A stretch of DNA of 61,545 nucleotides, the filler included, from Sluysia triapertura (lineage: Eukaryota): assembly GCA_046118255.1 (NCBI GenBank). It is 4 parts of 4 records of this genome, joined end to end, with 100 filler letters (N's around TTAATTAATTAA, not from the genome) between each part and the next. Parts side by side here need not be neighbours in the genome. Positions count along the whole stretch, not along the records: positions 41,024 to 61,545 come from JBJNIA010000001.1; 3 more parts are not named here. One strand, written 5' to 3'. Below, one piece after another: positions 51,330-61,545 of this stretch. The position numbers and the translations under genes were made by a program. The notes under the pieces are model-generated. The model worked only from the letters and a program-made list of their open reading frames with translations. It searched no databases and was not told the DNA's origin. Numbering within the stretch: the first letter of the stretch is position 1; each line of letters begins with the position of its first letter.

Positions 51330-51760
51330 TTCTATATAGATTATTATTATGTCTCAATGAAATATTCATCTTCATTTCCAATTTTCGTATCATTTCCAAA
51401 AGATATTCAGGACTTCTGTAATGTAAGCATTTGTAAATTATTGTCACGATTTTGAATTATACTCTTTGCTTTTATTTGAAACCAATGTAATTCCTTAAGA
51501 TAAGGTGTTACATGCAATCTTTTTCCAAGGTGGAAAATTAGTCTTGCTGCTTTATTAATTATTAATTGTAATTTTTTTTACTTTTCTATACGAAATTGAG
51601 CGCAACATACAATTGTTAAAATCAGTGTTATTAGTTATCAATGAATGAACACTTAGTTTAGCTATTTCTTTATTAATAAATTTTCGAATATTTGATGTGT
51701 TCTTTAATTGATATTTATACCTTTTAACAATACAAATAACTATTTAATATAATTATCCAA
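51330..51760 (-). mobile_element. L2/CR1-group LINE reverse transcriptase C-terminal fragment
   Basis: LKNTSNIRKFINKEIAKLSVHSLI...INKAARLIFHLGKRLHVTPYLKELHW...FKIVTIIYKCLHYRSPEYL. Confidence 0.85.
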
Positions 51761-52570
51761 TTATTTACATTATAAAGTTTATATCATAAATAAAAGAAAA
51801 CTGAATATTTCTTAGTATCCATGTCCTTATAACAGTTAAATTATAGTAACGTCACCAGTTACAAATCAAAAATTTAATCTATATAACTTTTATTTTCACC
51901 TTGCTCTAAGTGAAACTAATTTCAGTATTAATAACATAGCCTATTCTCAATAAAATATACTATAAAATTCATTTTCGAAGAATAATTATCACTGTCATTA
52001 TTATTATATTTGATTGTAATTTGAAAAACAAATTCTTCATAAATAATAATTCAAAAATAATTGAAAAATATTTTTAATGATACTATAGACATAAATGAAG
52101 TATATTTATTAAAAATTGGTCGTTAAAGTCGTAAATCGAACAAAAACAATAACTACATGAACAAGATTGTTATCACAAGAAGTATTAACTGATTATTAAA
52201 AGCAACTTTAGCAGAAGAAAATAGCTTATTAAAATATTGTTATTTACATTAATAAGACAATGTCTTTCATAAACATTGATTTGTAAAAAATATTAAATAT
52301 ATATATTTTATTTACTTAATAAATATATTACTTACTCGAAGTCTATAGATAATGAGTTTTAATTGGTTTTTTCCGAGAAAAGCATTTAATTAACAAAAAT
52401 ATAAAGTAAACACATGAATATATTTTAAATTTTAAATTTAAATTTCTTTTTAATAAAATTGTTTACTTAATTATTCTTTCTTTATTTATCTCTTCAAGTA
52501 ATTCTTCAGAGTATAAAACTATAATTTTCATAGCATCATAAATTAATTTAATAATTAAAATAAATTATAC

Positions 52571-53227
52571 CTTAAATTCTTTTTCTATTTCTGCCAATTT
52601 CATCATTTCTTGTCTTAATTCAAATGTTGTCATGATAGGATCTGGACTGGATAAAGCCATGAATGCTGGACTAGCCAAAGCTCGATAAGCATTTAATCTC
52701 GATCTTGATCTTTTCAATGAATCATAATCTTGTTTCACTTGACAATCTTTACATTGACACGAAATTGGATGCGGTTTTTCAATAGTATGTTGTCTCGATA
52801 GAAACATTTGAATCATCTCGTGATTATTATAATGAGCTGCTAAGATAAGTGGACTTATGTCGGGACTAAATTGACTTTTTTCTGTTATTCTGAAAAATGC
52901 ATTATTAAAATCCATGCGTCGAATTTGATCTTCATGAGCCATAAAATTCGGATGTTCAATAATAATACGTTCGATTTTAATATGGCCCTTACTAATGGCA
53001 TGCAATAAGGCTTCTTCTATACATTCGAAATCTAATTTATCTAACAATAATTCTATGGATTCTGCATTTTCAGAATCTACTGCTAAATGTAAAGCATTTC
53101 GACCCATATAATCAACACAATTTACATTCAGCTTATCAGCAGGTGTATCTCCATCTAAGAACATTCTCAAAATACCAGCATCACCCAGCGCGGCTGCATT
53201 GAGGTACACTCGTTCTTCATCTGTGAG
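52571..53227 (-). CDS. TRPC-family cation channel, N-terminal exon (ankyrin repeats and TRP_2 domain), 219 codons
   Basis: LTDEERVYLNAA, NVNCVDYMGRNALHLAV, FSPDISPLILAAHYNN, HPISCQCKDC, DSLKRSRSRLNAYRALASP, EKEFK. TAG acceptor and GTATAA donor, phase 0 at both ends. Confidence 0.93.
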
Positions 53228-54396
53228 CTATAATTATTTTGTTTATTATTTAATAATAATAATAATATATTAATGTTTATTTGTTAAATAATTTATATTG
53301 TTTTTATAGTTTTAATAAAACTTATATTTATTGTTCATTGTATTCTAAAAGATGTATCATAAGTAATGCACAATTTTTATTCACAATAGCTAATCATAAA
53401 ATTTCTAATAAACTATATTTTCTTAATAAATAAAGTAGGAATATTTACTGACCGAATTTATTGTTAATTTATTTTGTATGTAAGATAAAGTTTTCTATTA
53501 CAATTAATAAGGAATAACAAGATCTCATATAACTTTTTATTTTAAGGATTTACATTTTGTTACCAATATACCGTTTATGTTTCAGAAATATAGAACCAGG
53601 TAATGCCAAATTAATGAAATATTTAAGCAAAAAAGTAAAGTTATTTCTGTTTCAGAAATATTATAGTGAGCAATTTATTTTAAATNNNNNNNNNNNNNNN
53701 NNNNNNNNNNNNNNNNNNNNNNNNNNNNNNNNNNNNNNNNNNNNNNNNNNNNNNNNNNNNNNNNNNNNNNNNNNNNNNNNNNNNNCGCATTAATTTTATT
53801 GTTATCCACAGTGAGTTCGACATATATCGTTGATAATTAAACTAATTTTAAAGTTTTATGTTCGGTCGCTTTGTATTCAGTTTCAATTCTTACAACACGA
53901 TGTTTACGTACCTTGTTATGCGGGAGTCCTCATGTAACACGAATTCATACATATTACGTTTTTTGTAAATCTCAAAGTTTATGTTGTTTATTATTTGTGA
54001 AATAATTGGATTTCTATTATTAAAGTTTTAACACGTGTATAGAGTTTGACTCAGAACAAATTATACTCCAATTATGTTCATTACAAGTGCTAAAAATGTC
54101 TTTACCTTTATCTTAATTTTTATCCTCAAGATTGAACAAATTTAATTAAAGATTTTTAACGCATTACCCATCATATCTCTTTTCAGGACCTGTGTTGATA
54201 TGTATTTTTAATAATCGCACATTTCAAATGAAACCTAATCAACTTGTAAACTTTATTTAAACCAGACGCTTTATAAAGATTAAACAAATTGCTCATTTTT
54301 GCGTTAGTCATAAAATTTAATTTTGAATAGTTTTATTTTTAATAATATAAAGTTATTATTCGATTGAAATTAATGTAAAAGAAATTCTTTATTTAG

Positions 54397-54896
54397 GATT
54401 CAGTTGACATCTTGGAAAATCTTATAGGTAATATAGTCGGGAATGTTTTGGTTTCAGCGGGTTATGTCGCTTATTTAGGACCTTTTACTGGTGAATATCG
54501 TTTGAATTTACAGCAACATTGGGTTAAAACGATAAAAGAAAACCACGTACCTGTGGCAGACAAATTACAACCTACTTTAGTAGATACATTCGGTGATCCG
54601 GTAAAAATACGAAATTGGCAAATAGATGGTTTACCTCGTGATCAACTTTCAGTAGAAAATGCTGTTATAGTACAATTTTCAAGACGATGGCCACTTTTCA
54701 TTGATCCACAAGGACAAGCTAATCGATGGATAAAAAATCTTCAAATGGAAAATAATTTGGAGGTTATTAAATTATCTAATAAAGACTTTTTAAGAAGTCT
54801 TGAAAATTCAATTCGATTTGGAAAACCTTGTTTATTAGAAAATATTGGAGAAGAATTAGATCCAGCATTAGAACCGATTCTATTACGTCAAGTAAA

Positions 54897-54971
<75 letters not shown>

Positions 54972-56810
54972 TAAATAATGATAAAATGTCACAAAAGTAA
55001 TAAAAAATTATTTATTTATCATTAATTTTGGATTATATCATATTAAAGTTTTACACTGTTCATATCTGCTAAAACTGGTAATTTTTACTAGGTAGTGTCA
55101 TTTTCATCTTGAAGAAAATTTGTAATGTTGCTTTAGGAAAAGAACATGAGATTTCAAATGTTATAGTTCCTTTATTCTTATTTATATTACCATTCGGAAA
55201 GATGTAAAGTTGGATATTTACATAAAGATAAAATCCCATTTCGTGACTGACTAAAATCCAATCTGTGCCGGATTTTGGCATTTTGGGCCCAATGAGTCCA
55301 CGCCTAGAGGGCTCTGCATTCGAAGTGCAACCAATCAGTAAAATTACATTCTTATTAATAAAATATGGTAAATATATAAAATGCGAGGCCCTTTTAAAAT
55401 ATGTGTAATATGAGCCATAATAGATGCATAAATTTATTCATTATTATTTTGAGATATGGTTTACATTTGTCGACTCACAGTAAATGTTACTTAATTTCTA
55501 GGGAGATATTTATTGATTTTACATGTATTATGTGTTTATTGTAGTAAATATTTATCCGCACATTGTGACTTTTTCTTAAAATGTTATTTTAAACATACTT
55601 ATTCATTTAATGCAAATTTCTTCTGTTAATATTTTTATTTTTGCTACGGTTCATATTCGTGATCGGTGTAGAACAAGAACTAGATCCGGACCTGAATACA
55701 AACATACATAATTAGCAATAACTTTTCCAAAGATATTTAAAACAATGTATGTGGTAATTATATATGAAATTCATTAATTTATTTAAATTTTCTTAAACTT
55801 TTTATTGAATAGATGAATTATTTGTTGATATTAGATTTATGCCGATTCATTATTTTTAAAGATTTTCTATAATCGTAAAATATTCCATTACTAAAGAGTA
55901 CTTCAATAATTTTTACCGAAAATAAAATTGTCAATTAATAGTTTAGGTCAGAAGTGCCACAAAACTATAAAAGCAAAATGTATTTTTGTATAAAAATTTT
56001 GTATCACTATATTTATAAATAAATACCTACTGGCATCTTAATTTACTAACAGATTATATATTAAACAACACACTTATTGCGACATTCAAACAAACCTAAA
56101 CGCTTAAATCATGAATTAAGTATAACTTTATGTAAAATCATCACTTTTGAATTACGAGTATTGATGGATTAATAATCTATTATTTTCCTATTATTTTGAA
56201 AATTTAATTGACAATATTTTTCTTTAGGTGTTCAAAGATCAAGGATCTAATGTTATTAAACTTGGTGATTCAATTATTCCTTATCATGATGATTTCAAGT
56301 TTTATATTACAACAAAGTTACCGAATCCACATTATACACCTGAAGTGAGTACTAAAGTTACTTTAGTTAACTTTACATTATCACCTGGTGGTCTAGAAGA
56401 TCAATTGCTTGGTATGGTTGTAGCTGAAGAAAGACCAGATTTAGAAGATGCAAAAAATCAGTTAATTGTTAGTAATGCAAAAATGAAGCAAGAATTAAAA
56501 GAAATCGAAGATAAAATTTTATATCGACTTAGTGTTGCAGAAGGATCACCAGTTGATGATATTGATTTAATACAAACATTAGAAGCATCGAAATTAAAAT
56601 CGAATGAAATCGAAGCCAAAGTTATTGTGGCTGAACAAACAGAAAAAGATATTGATGAAACTCGTAGTCGTTATATACCAGTAGCTGTAAGAACACAGAT
56701 CTTATTTTTCTGTGTAGCTGATCTAGCAAAAATTGATCCAATGTATCAATATTCATTGGAATGGTTTCTTAATATTTTCATTCACGGTATTAACAATGCA
56801 GAAAAATCCA
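54397..56810 (+). CDS. DNAH1: Axonemal dynein heavy chain 1-like, end of stalk and AAA5 exons (54397-54891, 56228-56810)
   Basis: RRWPLFIDPQGQAN, RFGKPCLLEN, KLGDSIIPYHDDF, EERPDLEDAKNQLIVSN, ILYRLS..EGSPVDD and VAVRTQILFFCV are DNAH1-type. Splice phases are consistent. Confidence 0.9.
54898..54970. repeat. (TTA)n microsatellite at the start of an intron
   Basis: Begins 6 nt after the donor at 54892. Confidence 0.95.
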
Positions 56811-58019
56811 GTATGTTATTTAATAAACACATTATCTTATTTCAACTTGTATTTTTAGGTTTAAATTTTTGTAAAATTAACCATAAATGTATTAAAATAT
56901 ATTATATGCAGTAAAAGATTGTATACATTTTGAAAGCGATAAATTGGATGTTTGTGTAATTTATTACTATTTATATTATTAATGCACAAAATCCTCAAAC
57001 CTAATTTTTGGAATATGATATATTAACTTTATTGGATATTGTTAATAAAGAACAATAAATTGTAACTATTAATACATTATCTTTCAATAATTAAAATAAC
57101 TTTTGCACCGTTTTAAATGTCACCTGAAAATATTTTCTGTAAATTAAATATTTTACAAATAATATAATCTATAATATAGAAAGTACGTGTATATGGGAAT
57201 TCTAAGAATTGGTATAGCAATAAAAACAATTGCCTAGAGAATGTGATTGTGAGCTTTTGAGATAATTAAAATATTTTAATTACAAAAACCCGAAGATTTA
57301 TGACAATATTTTAAGTGCTTCTTGTAACTCAATACCATAAATAAACGACGAAATAAAGATTTTTATTCATTTCTTAAGCATATGCTGTAGAGGTCGGTTT
57401 GTTTGAGTTTATTGATAGATTTAATTGAATTAAAGTCGTGGAAAGCTTCGAGGGCTTGATTTTGTGTAAAAAATGACGATGTTGGTGTAATTCGATCTCG
57501 TGAACATTATATTTATCTATAGGACAAGCAAGGTACAAAAGCTTAAGAAACTCAAAATTAGGTTGAACTAAATTATTGACTTTTAAAATGTTTTCAAGTT
57601 CGATTATGTATGGGCTAATTATGTCTTCATTATGTAAGNNNNNNNNNNNNNNNNNNNNNNNNNNNNNNNNNNNNNNNNNNNNNNNNNNNNNNNNNNNNNN
57701 NNNNNNNNNNNNNNNNNNNNNNNNNNNNNNNNNNNNNNTGATCAATATATTATAACCTATACTAAAATACTATATAGCTATATTTGAAGATATTTTGTTT
57801 GGCTTTGTTTCATTTGTTTACTTTTAATATTATCATATGTTTCGTTTAAGTATTCTTCTTTAGCGAAGGAAGATTAATAAATTGTTTCTTGGTCATTATA
57901 TCTTGTTTTCTAGCCGATGGATTAAACTAGTATGGAGCATCAGAGTTGTGAAGCACATTAGTACTACAGAATCAGGATTTTCTGACATTTTTTAAGTTCG
58001 GGATTCTGATATAAATATA

Positions 58020-58345
58020 CATCTCTAAAATCTTCAAGCATATTCAATATCTTTGGAGTTTCACCAATAGTTATGTAGTTTTCATGACTTTCATTATATG
58101 GAATTCTGCATTTCGAGATTTAATGATGTTTGCTGTCAAAAAATGATTTCGATATGAACTACATTGGTATAAAATATCATGTGGTACATTTAGATACACA
58201 AAAATATGAACTTTTAATGCTGAACAAGCACAGAAAATGTATTTACTTTCTAAGTTTTTAATGTAATTTCAGATACTTCTTAGCCATTGTAATCTGTCTT
58301 CATCGTTCAAATAAAATATTAATTTTCAATTTTTTAAGATTATTT
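58020..58345 (-). pseudogene. IDNK: Decayed gluconokinase
   Basis: LNDEDRLQWLRSI*...IFCACSALK-VHIFVYLNVPHDILYQCSSYRNHFLTANIIKS matches gluconokinase LND-x-DR-x-PWL, ACSALK and R-x-x-HFM. One internal stop and a deletion after ACSALK. Confidence 0.75.
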
Positions 58346-58389
58346 TAATAATTGATTATTAATAATCTATAACTTATTAATAATTGATC

Positions 58390-58880
58390 CAATATGACAA
58401 TCGCAAACGTTCAGCAAGTGGTTGCTCAAGGATGAATCATCAACACACACTCCGAAGTACAATATTAATCAAAAAGTTGATGATGTGTTTGGTAGCCTAA
58501 CGCAAGTATAATCCATTACGATTTCATGAAACATGGCTCATCGATCGCAGCAGAAATAGACTACAACTAACTGGACGAAATGATTTAAAAACTTAAAGAA
58601 TAGTCAACGTTAGACCATACACTGCAGAAATGACTGGGGCAAAACTAATGGAAATGTAGTTGGAACTTTATCATTATCTTCCATTCTCACCAGAATTAGA
58701 GTCCAGTAACTATCACTTCTTCCTCTAATGGACAACTGTTTAATTTCAACAATGCTGTAAAACCGACCTTCCAAGAATTCATTGAGTCTCCTCTGCCAGG
58801 ATTTTATACAGTGAGCCTGAACAACCTGTCGCTTAAATGGCAAAGTGAATAAACAATGTGGATGCATGCTTTGATGTATA
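58390..58880 (+). mobile_element. Degenerate mariner (DD34D-type) transposase
   Basis: NVRPYTAEMTGAKL...YLPFSPELESSNYHFF corresponds to DNARPHT...HPPYSPDLAPSDYHLF, followed by FQEFIES..PGFY...KWQ. Confidence 0.85.
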
Positions 58881-59884
58881 AAACTATTCCTTACATTTGT
58901 AAGTTATCAATCAACTTTGCCTTTTTAATACAAATTTTATTAATGTAGCAATGAAAACATTACATAAAAGAAAATAAAGTCTAGACTATAAATTCAATAG
59001 CTCAGACATTTAATAACTAATTAACATTTTAAATGCTTTGATTCTAAGTAATATATACATTTATAAATGAATATATATAATAAAATATAACGATTTACAA
59101 ACCTCATTTTGTGATTTAAAACAGTGAAAAATTTTTAACTTAAATTCATATACAATTTACAGTTCGAAAAAGGTAACTTATTACTTAACATAAATTAACT
59201 ACACAATGCACACAATTTATAAACACATACACAACTTATCTTCTTGGCACACTTATAAAACAATATTCACCAATTAAAATATAGAACTATTCTTATTTAT
59301 ATAGCACCTGAACAAGCACACAAACAAACTTAGATTTTATTGGTAAATAATAGTTACAAATTTCAGTTCACTACTTTTAAAGAATTTTCATTTATTTTTT
59401 GATACCAAGCAACGAAGAAAAGAATTGGATATTACTTTAATAATATTTAAAATAATTCTTTCATTTTGATATTAATTATAAGAGGAAATCAATAATTTTA
59501 ATTTTTATGGATAAAATAAAGTGAGTTTTTTGGATTCAATTTTACATTCTGAAGGAGAATTCAATCTGAAGTAATTAATGAATTAATAGCATAAATCGGA
59601 GTTAACTTTCATTTCGTATTATGCTATTATTCATGAGTTACAATAGTTTTATCATCAATTTTGTGTTTATTTTAAGGAAGTTAATCAAATAAATGATTTT
59701 GAAATTGTGTACTAGAGCAATTAATATTTAAAAATATAATTACATGCAATTAATAGTGCTATAACTACTATTTTTATACATGTAAAATAAAATAAAATTT
59801 GTTTTAATATGTTAAAAAATATTATTGTTTATGATTATTTTTAAATCAACCAATCATATTTTTGTTTTATAAAATTTGTTATAA

Positions 59885-60313
59885 ATGATTCGTTTTATTT
59901 TAATACAAAATAGAGCTGGTAAAACACGTTTAGCTAAATGGTATATGCCTTTTGATGATGAAGAAAAACAAAAATTAATTGAAGAAGTTCATGCTTTGGT
60001 TACTGTGCGAGATGCTAAGCATACTAATTTTGTGGAATTTCGTACATTCAAGATAGTTTATCGTCGTTATGCTGGTTTATATTTTTGTATTTGTGTTGAT
60101 GTAATGGACAACAGTTTAATGTATTTGGAAGCAATTCATAATTTTGTAGAAGTTTTAAACGAACTATTTCACAATGTTTGTGAATTGGATTTAGTCTTCA
60201 ATTTTTATAAAGTATATTCAGTAGTTGATGAAATGTTCTTAGCAGGTGAAATTCGTGAAACTAGTCAAACTAAAGTACTTAAGCAAATGACTCAGCTCAA
60301 CTCTTTGGATTAA
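59885..60313 (+). CDS. AP2S1: AP-2 complex subunit sigma, complete and intronless (142 aa)
   Basis: [20 protein letters not shown]...[11 protein letters not shown]...[17 protein letters not shown]...[19 protein letters not shown] box at about 59850. Confidence 0.98.
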   Translation: MIRFILIQNRAGKTRLAKWYMPFDDEEKQKLIEEVHALVTVRDAKHTNFVEFRTFKIVYRRYAGLYFCICVDVMDNSLMYLEAIHNFVEVLNELFHNVCELDLVFNFYKVYSVVDEMFLAGEIRETSQTKVLKQMTQLNSLD

Positions 60314-60779
60314 TGTGATATTGTGTTTATTTCAATTTAAGCTGTTTATTTTTTTTAATTAGAATTTAGATATATTTAAATTACGAAAACTAATTGTGTA
60401 ATATATTTTTGAAAGCTTAGGTTTTTTTTATTGGAATTATACTGAAGGGTAATATTTTTAAATGACTTAATTTTTAATTTATGTATTGTACAACCGCATA
60501 TTAAGTTACAATGCTTACATTTATTAGATGTATTATTGATGATACATGCGTTGCGAAATTTCGTAAATAAATAAAACATTTATTTACAGCAATTGTGTGC
60601 TTGATTTTATAATTAACAAGTCGCATTCATGTATATATTTTATTTTTTTTCTTACGAAATGCTTAATATTTCACTTTTCATGATTGAAATTAAAATTTGT
60701 TAAATTTTTGGATATTTTTAATTGTGGGATGCATAAAAGTACTAACATGTAATACATTATGTTTTAGAAAAGGAATCTT

Positions 60780-61432
60780 TTGCATCCTCCTGCTTTACGC
60801 TGTTTCTTTATAACAGCGTAAATTTAAAGAATTAATTTTTTCGAAAAACACTATCACAAATATTTAACTAGACAATGTCATTTTGTTTAAACGAAATTAT
60901 TTATCTTTGAAGCTAATATTGTACGAACAATTAAGAATAATTTATAAAAATGGTTGCTTCATTTTAGTACTGCATCGAACTCTTTTAATGATAATAAATT
61001 AATACACAAAAAATTAGAAAATTTTAAACTCATAAAGGAATTGAAATAATTAGTGAAGATGATCCTGATGTGGAATGCACTATTAAGTGTAAAAGAATCA
61101 TTGAAGATGCTTTACACCCTTATCAAGATATAAAGAGAATTGAAGAAAAACTTTACTAACTACTCTTCATACTTATTTTGAGCTGAAAAAGAAACATTGT
61201 AAATGTTTTAAAATTTATGTAAACATATAACTATATATTTATTTTTCTGTTTTGAATAAATAAATGAATAAAACATACATAACAATAATAGATATAATGC
61301 TTTCATGTCGAGTTTATGACTTTAAATATTTCTTAACTGTAAAAATTATGCAAATTTTAAATATCATGTGGTGTTTTGGATTACGTTGCGAGTTGCTGGA
61401 ACGGATTAACGACGTAAATGAAGGACTTCTAT
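60780..61432 (+). mobile_element. Internally deleted pogo/Tigger-like element
   Basis: GIEIISEDDPDVECTIKCKRIIEDALHPYQDI resembles the Tigger transposase tail. Right end GGAACGGATTAACGACGTAAATGAAGGACTTCTA; left end TCCTCCTGCTTTACG. Confidence 0.6.
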
Positions 61433-61446
61433 ATTTTAGATGAATA

Positions 61447-61545
61447 TGTTAGACTTCGTAAAATGGAGTGACCGGGGATCGAACCCGGGACCATCGTCTG
61501 CGCAGTCGATATGCTCTACCACTGAGCTATCAGCCCCGTCTAACA
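61447..61545 (-). mobile_element. tRNA-containing LTR-like repeat (family A), cut by the window end; tRNA-like core 61464-61536
   Basis: TGTTAGAC...GTCTAACA flanks GGGCTGATAGCTCAGTGGTAGAGC...GGTTCGATCCCCGGTCACTCCA. Confidence 0.88.

Noticed and set aside
48931-51455. ORFs containing long X runs
   Set aside because: They exist only because they cross N gaps.
54892-54978. Poly-leucine tail on the dynein ORF
   Set aside because: It is an intronic (TTA)n tract after the GT donor at 54892.
57374-57638. Possible hAT dimerisation-domain fragment
   Set aside because: Only a vague resemblance; the key ER-x-FS motif is absent.

Overview
Very AT-rich eukaryotic (animal) DNA from a fragmented assembly. 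Three 100-nt spacers (44N-TTAATTAATTAA-44N) and six plain N gaps mean it should be read as several joined contigs. Very short introns (38 and 42 nt), axonemal dyneins and a TRPC exon point to a compact-intron ciliated invertebrate; an orthonectid-like parasite is a guess only. Apparently functional coding sequence: a 3-exon nuclear-receptor gene with a ligand-binding domain but no DNA-binding domain visible (1463-3066), two exons of thymine-DNA glycosylase, four exons of a DNAH6-like dynein, two exons of a different DNAH1-like dynein, one TRPC exon and an intronless AP-2 sigma gene. The rest is mostly decayed transposons (Tc1, mariner, pogo/Tigger, piggyBac, hAT-type ends, L2/CR1 and R4-like LINEs, Gypsy pieces, solo LTRs) plus decayed copies of housekeeping genes (ACTR5, WDR36, PEX19, gluconokinase). 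The most striking structure is a ~155-bp repeat in six copies with TG...CA ends and an internal tRNA-like Pol III unit. At 28537-28860 it is arranged LTR-PBS-short interior-PPT-LTR, which reads as a tRNA-carrying miniature LTR retrotransposon (TRIM) rather than a tRNA gene or SINE. All homology calls come from recalled family motifs, not from database searches.
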